This document shows, piece by piece, positions 1 to 9,414 of a stretch of 19,515 bases of DNA (its first letter is position 1; each line of letters opens with the position of its first letter). A program made the position numbers and the translations under genes. The notes under the pieces are model-generated. The model worked only from the letters and a program-made list of their open reading frames with translations. It made no database searches and was not told the DNA's origin. Source of the DNA: Thermotogota bacterium (GTDB lineage Bacteria; Bipolaricaulota; Bipolaricaulia; UBA7950; UBA9294); contig JBDKUT010000071.1 of the NCBI GenBank assembly GCA_039679545.1, positions 1-19,515 on the forward strand, read 5' to 3'.

Positions 1-1524
1 GTCGATGGGCAGACGAAGCTCCTCGGCCGCGATTTGACGGAGGACGGTGTACGTTCCCTGTCCGTAGTCCACGCCGGAAACGAGGATGTCGGCCGCGCCG
101 TCCTCGTCGAGCTTGATGATCGTCGAGCATGACGTCGACGTGGGCATTGCCGGCGCCTTGTGGAGCATCGCGATCCCTTTGCCGCGGCGCTTCGTCGGCT
201 CTGTCGGAGGAGCCAGCGGCGTGCCCCAGCCGATGGCCGTCGTCACGGCGTCGAGGCAGGCGACCGGCTTTCCGTGCCCGGTCGTGAACGCCTCGCCGGT
301 GATCGTTGTGTCTCCAACCTTCAGCAGGTTGCGGCGTCGGAACTCGGCGGGGTCAAGGCCAAGCTTCCGCGCCATCTGGTCGATGGCGCGTTCGATTCCC
401 CACAAGACCTCGAGGTGCCCGAACCCACGGTACGCCGTGCCGTAGACCTTGTTCGTGTAGACCACGAAGGAGTCGATCCAACAATGGGGAATCGCGTACG
501 GCCCGGCGCCGGAGTACGCGGCGGCGCGCCCGACGTTGACGCCGTAGTCGGCGTACGCGCCGGCATCCCAGACATAGGTGGCCTTGAGCGCCACGATCTT
601 GCCGGCGCGGGTCGCCCCGATCTGGATGGTCGAGTAGAGGCCTTGTCGCGACGGAAGCGTGTTGAACTCCTGCTCTCGCGACGCGACGAACTTCACCGGC
701 CGTCCGCCGGAGGCCTTCGACAGGACGTAGACGAGCGGCTCCAGGTTGAGGCCCGCCTTGCCTCCGAAGCCGCCGCCCACGTACGGGACGTGGACGCGGA
801 TCGCTGCGTGCGGAAGGCCGAAGGCAGCGCTCATCAGGTGCCGGACCGTGTACGGGGATTGGCACGACGTCCAGATCTCGACCCGCCCGTTGGGGAGGGC
901 CTGTGCAATCGCGGCGTGCGTCTCCATCGGGACGTGCTGCACGGGCGGGTTGTCGAAGCGCGCCTCGAGCAGGACCTCGGCGGAGGCGATCGCGGCTTCG
1001 AAGTCGCCCTTTCGGATCTTCTGGTGGTGGGCGATGTTGGTGCGGGACTTCGGGAAGAAAACGCCCTCCAGGTGGGCGTAGGAGCCTAGATCCGGATGGA
1101 TGAGCGGCGCGGCGGCCTTCATGGCCTCGCGCGGATCGAACACGGCCGCTGTGGGCTCGTACTGGACGCGGATCCGGCGGCAGGCGTCGCGGGCGATGTC
1201 GAGCGTGTCGGCGGCCACGGCGACGACCGGCTCTCCCTGGTACCGAACCACGTCTCGGGCGAGGATCCGCTTGTCGCGCATGTAGAGGCCGAGGCGAACG
1301 TCGAGGTTCGCGCCGGTCAGGACTGCGCGAACCCCGGGCAAGGCCGCGGCGTCCGCGACGTCGACGTGGACGATGCGCGCCGACGCGTGCGGCGACGTCA
1401 CGAGAGCGGCGTGGAGCATGCCGGGGAGCGCGAGGTCGTGCGTGTAGCGCCCGGCCCCCGTAACTTTGTCGATAGCGTCGTCGCGGGGCACCGGCTTGCC
1501 GACGTAGACGAGCTCGCGCGTCAT
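1..1524 (-). CDS. Xanthine dehydrogenase/CoxL-family molybdopterin-binding subunit (3' end truncated by window edge)
   Basis: Not in the ORF track because it has no stop in the window. Translated by hand from ATG 1524, which overlaps the upstream TGA (ATGA): MTRELVYVGKPVPRDDAIDKVTGAGRYTHDL...QHVPMETH...YVGGGFGGK...TAYRGFG...DYGQGTYT. These are hallmark Mo-hydroxylase large-subunit motifs. Confidence 0.95.
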   Translation of the reverse strand, partial: MTRELVYVGKPVPRDDAIDKVTGAGRYTHDLALPGMLHAALVTSPHASARIVHVDVADAAALPGVRAVLTGANLDVRLGLYMRDKRILARDVVRYQGEPVVAVAADTLDIARDACRRIRVQYEPTAAVFDPREAMKAAAPLIHPDLGSYAHLEGVFFPKSRTNIAHHQKIRKGDFEAAIASAEVLLEARFDNPPVQHVPMETHAAIAQALPNGRVEIWTSCQSPYTVRHLMSAAFGLPHAAIRVHVPYVGGGFGGKAGLNLEPLVYVLSKASGGRPVKFVASREQEFNTLPSRQGLYSTIQIGATRAGKIVALKATYVWDAGAYADYGVNVGRAAAYSGAGPYAIPHCWIDSFVVYTNKVYGTAYRGFGHLEVLWGIERAIDQMARKLGLDPAEFRRRNLLKVGDTTITGEAFTTGHGKPVACLDAVTTAIGWGTPLAPPTEPTKRRGKGIAMLHKAPAMPTSTSCSTIIKLDEDGAADILVSGVDYGQGTYTVLRQIAAEELRLPID

Positions 1525-2060
1525 GGTCGCCCTCCCACGGACGGATCGCTTCGGAGGAGCCGGGCGGTCTTCGTGCAGGTTTCTCCTGTGCGTGACTCAA
1601 CCTCTTCCGGAGCCACGACGCGGATGGCGTGAAGGATCGCCTCGTACCCGGTGCAGCGGCAGAGGTTCCCGGCGATCGCTTCGACGATCTCCTCGTCGGT
1701 CGGATGAGGAGATCGCTGCAGGAGGCCGCGGGCGGACATGATCATCCCCGGGGTGCAGAACCCGCATTGCACGGCGCCGGCGTCGACGAACGCGCGCTGG
1801 AGCGCCGACAACTCACCATCCGTCGCTTCCCCCTCGATCGTGCGAACCTCGAGGCCGTCGGCCTCCACGGCGAGGACAAGACAGGCAGTGACCGGCTTTC
1901 CGTCAAGGAGCACAGTGCACGCCCCGCACTCGCCGATGCCACACCCTTCTTTGGCTCCCGTGAGGGCGAGGCGGTCGCGCAGAAGCTCGAGGAGCGTCAT
2001 CCCGGCGGAAACCGAGGCGCGCTCGACGTGGCCGTTGACGCGAAGCTCGATCTCGTACAT
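1521..2060 (-). CDS. 2Fe-2S small subunit of xanthine dehydrogenase family (CoxS/XdhC-like)
   Basis: Motifs GCGIGECGACTV, QCGFCTPG and GNLCRCTGY. TGATG overlap with the upstream FAD subunit. Confidence 0.96.
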   Translation of the reverse strand: MYEIELRVNGHVERASVSAGMTLLELLRDRLALTGAKEGCGIGECGACTVLLDGKPVTACLVLAVEADGLEVRTIEGEATDGELSALQRAFVDAGAVQCGFCTPGMIMSARGLLQRSPHPTDEEIVEAIAGNLCRCTGYEAILHAIRVVAPEEVESRTGETCTKTARLLRSDPSVGGRP

Positions 2061-2911
2061 CAGGCGGCACCCCCTCGGGCACTTACGTCGGCGAGGAGTC
2101 GGCGGAGAAGAACGGGGAGGACGGCGCGGCGGTAGGCGGCTGACGCGCGGACGTCGTCGATCGGCGCCGTCGCCGCGGCGGCGGCCCGGATCACCTTGTC
2201 GGCGAGGACCTGAAGTGAGGTTCTCTTCGTCTCGAACGGTTCGAGGAGGACGGGTGTGGGAGCGCAGCTTCCGATTGCGACGCGCAGGATGCCGCGCGAC
2301 GGCGCGTGCGCTGCGGCGGCGTTCACGACGGCGAGGTCGTGCCCGCGGATTCGCTGCTGCTTCCGGAACGCCGTTCGCAGTTCCCCGTCGAGGGGCGGCA
2401 TTCGAACGTCAACCACCACATCGCCGGGGGTAAGGCACGTTCGCTTCACGCCTGTGAATAGCTTGGCGACGGGCACGGCGCGGGTTCCTTGTGGGCTCTG
2501 CACGGTGAGCTTCGCGTCGAGGACGAGGAGGATGGGGGCCATGTCGGCGGCCGGTGAGGCGTTGCACAGGTTCCCGGCGATGGTCGCTCGATTCCGGAGC
2601 TGGTACGTGGCGATCGACAGGGCCGCGGCGGAAAGCGCCGGGTAGGCCTGTCGAAGCTCTCGGTTCTCGGCAACGACGTTCAACGGCACCGCGGCGCCGA
2701 CGATGGCCTCGCCCGAGCCCGTCTTGAGCGCCTGAAGCTCGCCGATCCGCTTCACGTCAACAAGTAGAGACGGAGAGCGGGAGCCGTCGCGCAGGTTGAC
2801 GAGGAGGTCGGTGCCGCCGGCGAGGACTGCGGCATCGCGGCCGCCCTCGGCGAGGAGGCGGCACGCCTCGTTCACGGAGATCGGGCGAGCGTACTCGAAT
2901 CGGCCTAGCAC
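2060..2911 (-). CDS. FAD-binding medium subunit of xanthine dehydrogenase family (CoxM-like)
   Basis: Motifs FEYARP, LAGGTDL, RNRATIAGNLCNASPAAD and PIDDVRASAAYR. GTG start at 2911 chosen over the longer ORF because GGAGGAAAGGAG (RBS) lies just upstream. Confidence 0.93.
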   Translation of the reverse strand: MLGRFEYARPISVNEACRLLAEGGRDAAVLAGGTDLLVNLRDGSRSPSLLVDVKRIGELQALKTGSGEAIVGAAVPLNVVAENRELRQAYPALSAAALSIATYQLRNRATIAGNLCNASPAADMAPILLVLDAKLTVQSPQGTRAVPVAKLFTGVKRTCLTPGDVVVDVRMPPLDGELRTAFRKQQRIRGHDLAVVNAAAAHAPSRGILRVAIGSCAPTPVLLEPFETKRTSLQVLADKVIRAAAAATAPIDDVRASAAYRRAVLPVLLRRLLADVSARGGAA

Positions 2912-2996
2912 CGCGCGAACTCCTTTCCTCCAGTCCGTACGTCGTCGAGCGCTGAGTGAGCGTGAAGTCTGACACCGACGCTCATTCCACCGTGTG

Positions 2997-3025
2997 ATCA
3001 TACGGGGCCGTGACCAGCCCGCCAA
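2997..3025 (-). promoter_or_regulatory. Putative sigma70-type promoter of the Mo-hydroxylase operon
   Basis: Minus strand TTGGCG-N17-TATGAT, about 85 nt upstream of the GTG start. Confidence 0.5.
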
Positions 3026-3188
3026 GTTGCCAGACAGCTTGCGGTTCGGGAGCGCTTCCGGGAGGGACGAGTGAGGGCGGGTTCGGAGGTAGGAGCGACC
3101 CTTCTTCATGAACCTGTCATACGCTGGGCGTAGAATTTGGGGAGCAGCACTGGAGGATTGCGCAGACTATCTCCTACGAAGGTGGACA

Positions 3189-3899
3189 ATGGCTCGAAGC
3201 AGCGTGGTGACTCGACTGTTGGGTGGAAGTCTCGCAGCCCTCTTGGTCTTCGCGAGCGCTGGGCTGGTGCAAGGGGATACGACCCCAACGAAGGGAACGG
3301 GACCTGAGTCAGGCACGGCCCGGGTCGTGAAGCTATTCAGCGGGGGGGAGTACCCCGGTGGACATCTGAAGTACACGTACAAGATCGAGCGTGCCGGCAT
3401 CCTTGGCTACGCCACAACGACGACCGAAGTGATCCCGCAAGGGAACGGGTTGTACCGGATCGAGTCGTCGAGTTCGGACGTGGTGCCCCAAGACCGTGTC
3501 GCCCTGGGGCTGTTTGGGATTCAACTTCGGGCACTGGGCATCAGGGTCCCAACGAACACCCAGGGGACCGTCGACCTGACCCCTTTGTCGGCGATCGGAT
3601 CCGATGCCGTGGCGACCCACACCGAGATCGTCCTGCCTGACGGCGCCCACTTGAGCACGGGAGATGGGGGTACGATTGCGGGCGTCGACGTCGTCTTCGG
3701 GACGTACACCCATGCGGACTACAGCAACGTTCGCATTCGCGTCGCGGTTCCTGTTGATCTTGTGGTGCGGAATCTCCTTCCTTTCCTGCCGCTGATGGAA
3801 CTTGAGTACCAGCCGCAGGCGGATGCCGGCGGGTCTTCTTCCTTCCAACGATTCGGCTCGATCGAACTGGCTGCATTCCTGTACGAGCCTGAGAAGTAG
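3189..3899 (+). CDS. Secreted hypothetical protein with N-terminal signal peptide
   Basis: ATG 3189 follows AAGGTGG. The N-terminus MARSSVVTRLLGGSLAALLVFASAGLVQG resembles a Sec signal, and the mature region looks beta-rich. It lies 9 bp upstream of the ABC ATPase. No family recognised. Confidence 0.75.
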   Translation: MARSSVVTRLLGGSLAALLVFASAGLVQGDTTPTKGTGPESGTARVVKLFSGGEYPGGHLKYTYKIERAGILGYATTTTEVIPQGNGLYRIESSSSDVVPQDRVALGLFGIQLRALGIRVPTNTQGTVDLTPLSAIGSDAVATHTEIVLPDGAHLSTGDGGTIAGVDVVFGTYTHADYSNVRIRVAVPVDLVVRNLLPFLPLMELEYQPQADAGGSSSFQRFGSIELAAFLYEPEK

Positions 3900-3908
3900 G
3901 AGGGTCGT

Positions 3909-4589
3909 GTGTTCGCGCTTGAAGACGTTCACAAGAGCTATCGCATGGGGGAGACGGAGGTCCACGCGTTGCGTGGGGTGAGTCTCGAAGTCGCGCCGGG
4001 GAGGATGACCGCGGTCATGGGGCCCTCCGGATCCGGGAAGTCTACGCTGCTGCACCTGATCGGCGCTCTCGACGTCCCGACGGCAGGACGCGTGACGTTT
4101 GAAGGGCGAAACCTGTCAGCGCTCAGCTCGCGGGAACGCGCCGACTTCCGCGCCACCGAGGTCGGGTTCGTCTTCCAGAAGTTCAATCTTCTGCCGAACC
4201 TCACCGCCCTGGAGAACGTCTTCCTTCCGCTCCTTCTGCGGGGAGCTTCGGTCGCGAGCGCGCGCGAGCGTGGTGCGCGTGCGCTGGATGCCGTATCGCT
4301 CCAGGATCGGAAGGACCATCGACCGGCGAGGCTCTCCGGCGGAGAACAGCAGAGGGTGGCCATTGCACGGGCCCTCGTCCGCGAGCCGGGGACGATCCTC
4401 GCCGACGAGCCGACGGGGAACCTCGATACAGAGACGGGAAAGAGGATCCTGAACCTACTTCGGGAGCTGACGGACCGGGGAAAGACCCTGGTCGTTGTGA
4501 CCCACGACGCAGACGTTGCCGAGCTGGCCGACGTTCGCGTCCGACTGCGCGATGGGAAGCTTGAAGCCTCTCCCGCCGCGGTCGCGTGA
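3909..4589 (+). CDS. ABC transporter ATP-binding protein, LolD/MacB/SalX family
   Basis: Walker A GPSGSGKST, GFVFQKFNL, signature LSGGEQQRVAIARAL, Walker B ILADEPTGNLD, VVVTHD. GTG start after GGAGG. Confidence 0.96.
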   Translation: MFALEDVHKSYRMGETEVHALRGVSLEVAPGRMTAVMGPSGSGKSTLLHLIGALDVPTAGRVTFEGRNLSALSSRERADFRATEVGFVFQKFNLLPNLTALENVFLPLLLRGASVASARERGARALDAVSLQDRKDHRPARLSGGEQQRVAIARALVREPGTILADEPTGNLDTETGKRILNLLRELTDRGKTLVVVTHDADVAELADVRVRLRDGKLEASPAAVA

Positions 4590-4598
4590 GGTGATGCT

Positions 4599-6017
4599 AT
4601 GTATCGCAACCTCTTCCGACTAGCTGTCCAGAACATCCGCAGCCGGCGGATGCGTTCCTGGCTCACGATCCTCGGCGTTCTGATCGGGGTCACGGCGGTG
4701 ACGGCACGTCTGTCCATCGGGACCGGCGTGCAAGTGGCCGTCGTGAAGCAATTCGAAGCCATTGGGTACGACATCGTGCTGATCGTTCCCGAGGGGGCGC
4801 GCGCCACGGCGAATCGGTTGACAGCCTTGCCCGGTGCCGCGGCAACTCCGGCCGGTGGGACCTTCTCTCCCGAGGCGTTAACGGGAAGCACCTCGGGTGC
4901 TGAACCTGCAGGGGCCGGCACACGCAACAGCCTCCCTGGGGGCGGACGGGCTGGGGCCGCACCCTCGATCGACGTGGCCCGCCTTCTTGAGCAGGTTCCA
5001 GAGCTCGCCGAGGCGGGGACTCTCGGACTCCAGGTGGCAGCGGTGAAAGGGTCGAGTGAAAGCGGGTACTTGCGCGTGGTGACACCGACGACGAAGTTGC
5101 TCGATGCCTTCCCGTCCGTCCTCCCGGGGTTCAAGATCGCGCGGGGGAGTTCCTTCACCGACTCCGGAGCGGATCAGGTGGTCGTCGGAGCTCGAGCCGC
5201 GGCGACCCTGGGCGTGGAACCAGGCGACACAGTCACGATTGCCGGTCGACCGTTCCTCGTGGTCGGTGTCCTCACGTCGACCGGACCAGCGGCGCTGGGG
5301 AACGGACAGCGCCAGCCAGCCATCTCTGGGCAGCGCGTGGCTCGAGAGGTCGGCGCAGCCAGTGGGACGGGGATCGCTGCCTTCCGCAACCTTGCCAACA
5401 CAGCGGACGCCCTTGTGGTTCTCGGCGAGCGCGCACAGGCGGTATGGCCGTCGGCCAACGCCGTGACGGTGACCGTTGCGAGGGTGAAGGCGGAGGCCTC
5501 CGTCAGCGCGGCCGTGGATGACGTCCGGCTTGCGATTGCCCAGCAGGGGGCGTCGGGCACGCCCATCTCGGTCCAGGAGATCGCCGATCAAATCCAGGGA
5601 ACCCTTGGGATGATCGAGACGGTGCTCGCAAGCATTGCCGCCGTGGCTCTCCTTGTGGGCAGCCTAGGGCTGATGAACACGATGTACACCGCGGTGCTCG
5701 AGCGGACGCGGGAGATCGGGGTCTTGAAAGCGATCGGGGCCCGCGACGGTCAGGTGATGGCGCTCTTCATGATGGATTCCGGCCTGATGGGTTTGATCGG
5801 CGGGATCCTAGGTCTGGGGATCGGTGCCGCCTTGAGTCTCGTTGCGGCACGCCTGTTCGGACGTGCTGTGGGCGTCGGCGGCTTCTTCCCGATCTTCAGC
5901 GTTGGGTTGGTTGCTGGGGTGCTCGGGCTGTCCTTCGTCGTGGGAGGGCTATCCGGGGCCTGGCCGGCCTGGCGAGCCGCCCGCCTCAACCCGGTCGAGG
6001 CACTGACCAGCGAGTAG
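4599..6017 (+). CDS. ABC transporter permease, MacB/FtsX family
   Basis: RSWLTILGVLIGV first TM, large extracytoplasmic domain, MNTMYTAVLERTREIGVLKAIGA, and C-terminal PAWRAARLNPVEAL. Confidence 0.95.
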   Translation: MYRNLFRLAVQNIRSRRMRSWLTILGVLIGVTAVTARLSIGTGVQVAVVKQFEAIGYDIVLIVPEGARATANRLTALPGAAATPAGGTFSPEALTGSTSGAEPAGAGTRNSLPGGGRAGAAPSIDVARLLEQVPELAEAGTLGLQVAAVKGSSESGYLRVVTPTTKLLDAFPSVLPGFKIARGSSFTDSGADQVVVGARAAATLGVEPGDTVTIAGRPFLVVGVLTSTGPAALGNGQRQPAISGQRVAREVGAASGTGIAAFRNLANTADALVVLGERAQAVWPSANAVTVTVARVKAEASVSAAVDDVRLAIAQQGASGTPISVQEIADQIQGTLGMIETVLASIAAVALLVGSLGLMNTMYTAVLERTREIGVLKAIGARDGQVMALFMMDSGLMGLIGGILGLGIGAALSLVAARLFGRAVGVGGFFPIFSVGLVAGVLGLSFVVGGLSGAWPAWRAARLNPVEALTSE

Positions 6018-6064
6018 AGCTCGTCGACTCACGCCGAACTTCAGGGCCCGGCGGGGCGGGACAC

Positions 6065-6496
6065 CTAGACAAGGAACGTGAACGCCGTGAGATCCCCCGG
6101 ACGCAAATACTCGACCTCGACCCGCGTGATGCGGAAGAGGGCGAACTGCGGATCGTCGCTGCCGGCCCAGAATTCCCGCAGGAACGGGACCTGCTTTCCG
6201 ATCGCTTCGCGGGTCTCTGGATCGGTGACCGACGCGGCGAGCCCGGCCACGCGCAGGTAGCCGTTTCCACCCTCGACGTCGAGGGGAAGGCAGAACTCGA
6301 CGTTCGGGTTGTGGCGCATCTGCCGCGCCTTGGCACTTCGTGTGCTGGTCGCGATCCAGAACTTCTGATCGATGTTGAGGAGCGTCACGGGACGGACCCG
6401 CGGCTGCTCGCCTTCACTGGTCGCGAGGTAGACGCACTGGGTGGGTTTGAGAAGCCGCCAGACCTCTTCCTGAATCTCGGGGAGCGTGTTCGGCAT
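6065..6496 (-). CDS. Pyridoxamine 5'-phosphate oxidase-like FMN-binding split-barrel protein
   Basis: YLATSEGEQPRVRP, KARQMRHNPNVEF, YLRVAG. ATG 6496 is preceded by AAGGAGG. Confidence 0.85.
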   Translation of the reverse strand: MPNTLPEIQEEVWRLLKPTQCVYLATSEGEQPRVRPVTLLNIDQKFWIATSTRSAKARQMRHNPNVEFCLPLDVEGGNGYLRVAGLAASVTDPETREAIGKQVPFLREFWAGSDDPQFALFRITRVEVEYLRPGDLTAFTFLV

Positions 6497-6530
6497 TTCA
6501 GCCTCCTTGAGTTCGTCCGTGGAGCGGTCG

Positions 6531-6559
6531 GTTATAGACCGGAATCGGACATCGGTCAA
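6531..6559 (-). promoter_or_regulatory. Putative sigma70-type promoter of the split-barrel gene
   Basis: Minus strand TTGACC-N17-TATAAC. Confidence 0.55.
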
Positions 6560-6590
6560 CCTCGTCGTGCAAGGCCACCGGCGGGCCGGC

Positions 6591-6637
6591 TTGACAGGTG
6601 ACGAGCGATGTATATACTTCGTGTCATCTCTATATAC
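6591..6637 (+). promoter_or_regulatory. pstS promoter with two TATATAC boxes
   Basis: TTGACA (6591-6596)-N16-TATACT (6613-6618). GTATATAC at 6610-6617 and CTATATAC at 6630-6637 are 20 bp apart. Confidence 0.7.
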
Positions 6638-6651
6638 GAAGGCAGGCGAAT

Positions 6652-7488
6652 ATGTCCAGAAAGCTACTCACACAGCTGGCAACGGCTCTCGCGCTCATCG
6701 TGGTCAGTGTCTCTGCGGTTGCCGAGGTCACATACAAAGGATCGACGACGGCTCTCCCGATCGCGCAGCTCATCTCGGAAGAACTTGCGTCCAGCATCGT
6801 CTTGTCGGTGCAGGGCGGCGGCTCCGGCACCGGGATCGCGGCGATCATCGATGGGACGACGGACATCGCCGGCTCATCGCGGTACATGAAGCTCGAGGAG
6901 TTCCAGAAGGCCATTGCGAACGGTGTGATGCCGTACATCTGGGAGATTGCCATCGACGCCTTGTCAATCGTCGTTCACCCCTCCAACTCGATTGGCGAGA
7001 TCACGTACGACGACCTCCGCCGGATCTACCTGGGTGAGGTCACGAACTGGAGCGCCCTTGGCGGTCCCAACCAGGCGATCGTCGTTGTCTCGCGCGATTC
7101 CTCGTCAGGAACCTACGGGACGTTCAAGGAAGTCGTCCTCGAGAACAAGGAGGTCACTGCCGGAGCGCTCTTCCAGGCCTCCAACGGCGCCGTCGCCTCC
7201 ACTGTCGCCTCGACTCCGGGAGCGATCGGCTACGTCGGTCTAGGCTACCTCCAGCCCAGCTTGAAGGCGCTCTCGCTCGCGAAAACGTCCGTAGATCCCT
7301 TCATCATGCCGAGCGTCGAGACCGCCATCTCGTTTGAGTACCCGCTCTCTCGCCCCCTCTTCTTCATCACGAATGGGTATCCGAAGGGCGAGATCGCTGA
7401 CATCGTCAAGTTCATCCTCTCGGATGCGGGGCAGGCGCTCGTCGTCGACGCGGGCTTCGCACCCATCCGCGTTCTTCCGGGAATGTAG
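6652..7488 (+). CDS. pstS: Phosphate ABC transporter substrate-binding protein
   Basis: Signal peptide with no lipobox Cys, KGSTT, GGGSGTGI, DIAGSSR, SRDSSSGT, AIGYVG and YPLSRPLF. Heads pstCAB. Confidence 0.96.
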   Translation: MSRKLLTQLATALALIVVSVSAVAEVTYKGSTTALPIAQLISEELASSIVLSVQGGGSGTGIAAIIDGTTDIAGSSRYMKLEEFQKAIANGVMPYIWEIAIDALSIVVHPSNSIGEITYDDLRRIYLGEVTNWSALGGPNQAIVVVSRDSSSGTYGTFKEVVLENKEVTAGALFQASNGAVASTVASTPGAIGYVGLGYLQPSLKALSLAKTSVDPFIMPSVETAISFEYPLSRPLFFITNGYPKGEIADIVKFILSDAGQALVVDAGFAPIRVLPGM

Positions 7489-7512
7489 CTGGCCTCACCT
7501 CCCCTCCCCGCG

Positions 7513-7543
7513 GAGGCCGGTCTCCGTGAGTGAGACCGGCCTC
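7513..7543 (+). terminator. Perfect 12-bp stem-loop downstream of pstS (terminator or mRNA stabiliser)
   Basis: GAGGCCGGTCTC-cgtgagt-GAGACCGGCCTC, about 25 nt after the pstS stop. The U-tail is weak (tagcttct). Confidence 0.65.
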
Positions 7544-7579
7544 TAGCTTCTACTGGTCCTGGCAATATCCTGGGTACAG

Positions 7580-7608
7580 TTGCAGATAATAGGTGTCAGA
7601 TATATAGT
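7580..7608 (+). promoter_or_regulatory. Putative internal promoter for pstCAB-phoU
   Basis: TTGCAG (7580-7585)-N17-TATAGT (7603-7608) in an AT-rich patch, overlapped by ATATATAG. Confidence 0.55.
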
Positions 7609-7621
7609 AGCGTGCAGAACT

Positions 7622-8545
7622 ATGGACGTAACGTCGGCAAGAGGTATCAGTTTCAGGCGGCACCGGTCGCGGCTCTCGCGTCTCGCGGAGCGCGCGGATC
7701 GGCCGATCTTCTTCGCATTCGGCCTCGTCGGTCTGGTCGCGCTAGGTGTCATTCTCTTCTTCGTGGTTCGCGAGGCACTCCCCATCTTCCGCTACGTCTC
7801 GCCTCTCGAGTTCCTCGGCCCGAAGTGGTATCCAACGAGTGAACCGCCGGTCTTCGGGGCCCTTCCGATGATTGTGGCCACGATGCTGGTCACGCTGGGA
7901 GCGCTCGTCTTGGCACTCCCGCTTGGCTTCGCGGCCGCGGGCTTCGTTGCGGAAGTCGCGCCGCCGGCTCTGCGGGACTTGGCAAAGTCGCTGCTCGAGT
8001 TGCTCGCGGCGATCCCTTCGGTCGTGTACGGCTTCTTCGGGCTGACGGTGCTGGCTCCGTTCGTGCAGCGCGCCTTTGGCCTGCCGACGGGGCAGAACGC
8101 CCTCACGGCATCCCTCATCCTGGGGTTCATGGCCCTGCCCACGGTGGCGAGCCTCGCCGAGGATGCCCTTGCGGCCGTTCCTAAGGCACACCGGGAAGCA
8201 TCCCTCGCGTTAGGCGCCTCCCGCTGGGAGACGACCTGGCGGGTCGTGTTCCCGTCGGCGTTCTCCGGTCTGTTCGGCGCGGCAGTTCTCGGGATGGGTC
8301 GCGCGGTAGGCGAGACGATGGCGGTCCTGATGGTGGCGGGGAACTCGCCTGCACTGACGTGGTCGTTCCTGCGCCCAGTGCGAACTCTCACGGCGGGGAT
8401 CGCCCTTGAGATGGCGGAAGCTCCTCAGGGTGGTGCGCACTACCACGCGCTCTTCATGCTTGGCGCGATCCTCCTCTTGATCACACTTGCCACGAACGGG
8501 TTGGCCGAGTGGCTGTGCTGGCGCGTTGCCAGGAGGGGCGAATGA
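7622..8545 (+). CDS. pstC: Phosphate ABC transporter permease PstC
   Basis: [44 protein letters not shown]. The start is uncertain because ATG 7622 has no clear RBS. Confidence 0.95.
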   Translation: MDVTSARGISFRRHRSRLSRLAERADRPIFFAFGLVGLVALGVILFFVVREALPIFRYVSPLEFLGPKWYPTSEPPVFGALPMIVATMLVTLGALVLALPLGFAAAGFVAEVAPPALRDLAKSLLELLAAIPSVVYGFFGLTVLAPFVQRAFGLPTGQNALTASLILGFMALPTVASLAEDALAAVPKAHREASLALGASRWETTWRVVFPSAFSGLFGAAVLGMGRAVGETMAVLMVAGNSPALTWSFLRPVRTLTAGIALEMAEAPQGGAHYHALFMLGAILLLITLATNGLAEWLCWRVARRGE

Positions 8546-9414
8546 AGGCCCATCGAAGCGCGAAGGCAAAGCAGGTGACCGAGATTGTCGCGTTCTCCCT
8601 GCTCGGGGCGGCGATGCTGGTTGGCCTGCTCGCCCTCGGCGTCATTCTCTACTACATCATTTCCCGTGGAAGCGGAGCCGTCACGTGGGAGTTCTTGACT
8701 GCGTTTCCGCGCCGGGGGATGACGGCGGGAGGCATCTACCCCGCGCTCGTAGGAAGCTTCTACTTGACAATCGGGGCGCTTGTGGTCGCACTCCCACTCG
8801 CCCTCGGAGCGGCGATCTTCCTGGTCGAGTACGCGCGGGAAGGGGCCTGGGTGCGCGCCATTCGGATCGGCGTGAACACCCTGGCCGGGGTCCCGTCGAT
8901 CGTTTTCGGGCTCCTCGGATTGGCGCTCTTTGTGAAGGCGCTCGGAATCGGAGTGTCGCTTCTTGCCGGCTCGCTAACTCTGGGGTTCCTCATCTTGCCG
9001 CTCCTTATACGGACCACGGAGGAAGCGCTGCGCTCCGTGCCGCGAAGCTTTCGCGAGGGCGGGCTTGCGGTCGGGGCGACCCGCTGGCGGACGATCCACT
9101 CGATCGTCCTCCCGGCGTCCTTGCCGGGGATCCTCACCGGGATCGTCCTCTCCCTCTCTCGTGCCATCGGGGAGACGGCACCCATCATGTTCACCGCCGC
9201 CGCATTCTTCACGCCGCGGCTTCCCTCAACACCTCTCGACGAAGTGATGGCCCTTCCGTACCACATCTTCGTCATGGCTACGGAGAGCCCGAATGCGTGG
9301 AGGACGCAGGGCCTCCAGTACGGAGCCGTCCTCGTCTTGGTCGGCCTCGTGCTCATCCTGAACCTGGGCGCGATCCTCTTGCGCGCCCACGCTCGCAGAA
9401 AGAAGGTGTGGTAG
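8542..9414 (+). CDS. pstA: Phosphate ABC transporter permease PstA
   Basis: [36 protein letters not shown] overlap with the pstC stop and an AGGAGG RBS. Confidence 0.96.
   Translation: MKAHRSAKAKQVTEIVAFSLLGAAMLVGLLALGVILYYIISRGSGAVTWEFLTAFPRRGMTAGGIYPALVGSFYLTIGALVVALPLALGAAIFLVEYAREGAWVRAIRIGVNTLAGVPSIVFGLLGLALFVKALGIGVSLLAGSLTLGFLILPLLIRTTEEALRSVPRSFREGGLAVGATRWRTIHSIVLPASLPGILTGIVLSLSRAIGETAPIMFTAAAFFTPRLPSTPLDEVMALPYHIFVMATESPNAWRTQGLQYGAVLVLVGLVLILNLGAILLRAHARRKKVW

Noticed and set aside
160..1600. Long alternative ORFs 160..1089 (+) and 353..1600 (-)
   Set aside because: Antisense or off-frame shadows of the Mo-subunit gene, expected in high-GC coding DNA. They have no motifs.
1..2911. 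Aerobic CO dehydrogenase (coxMSL)
   Set aside because: It lacks the AYxCSFR Cu-binding motif.
6560..6651. Canonical PhoB pho box upstream of pstS
   Set aside because: There is a single GTGTCAT half-site-like match with no 11-bp tandem repeat. The promoter also has a consensus -35, unlike PhoB-activated promoters.
8487..9413. Apparent 578-aa PstB with a long N-terminal extension
   Set aside because: The extension is an off-frame overlap with pstA. The real start is at or after 9414.
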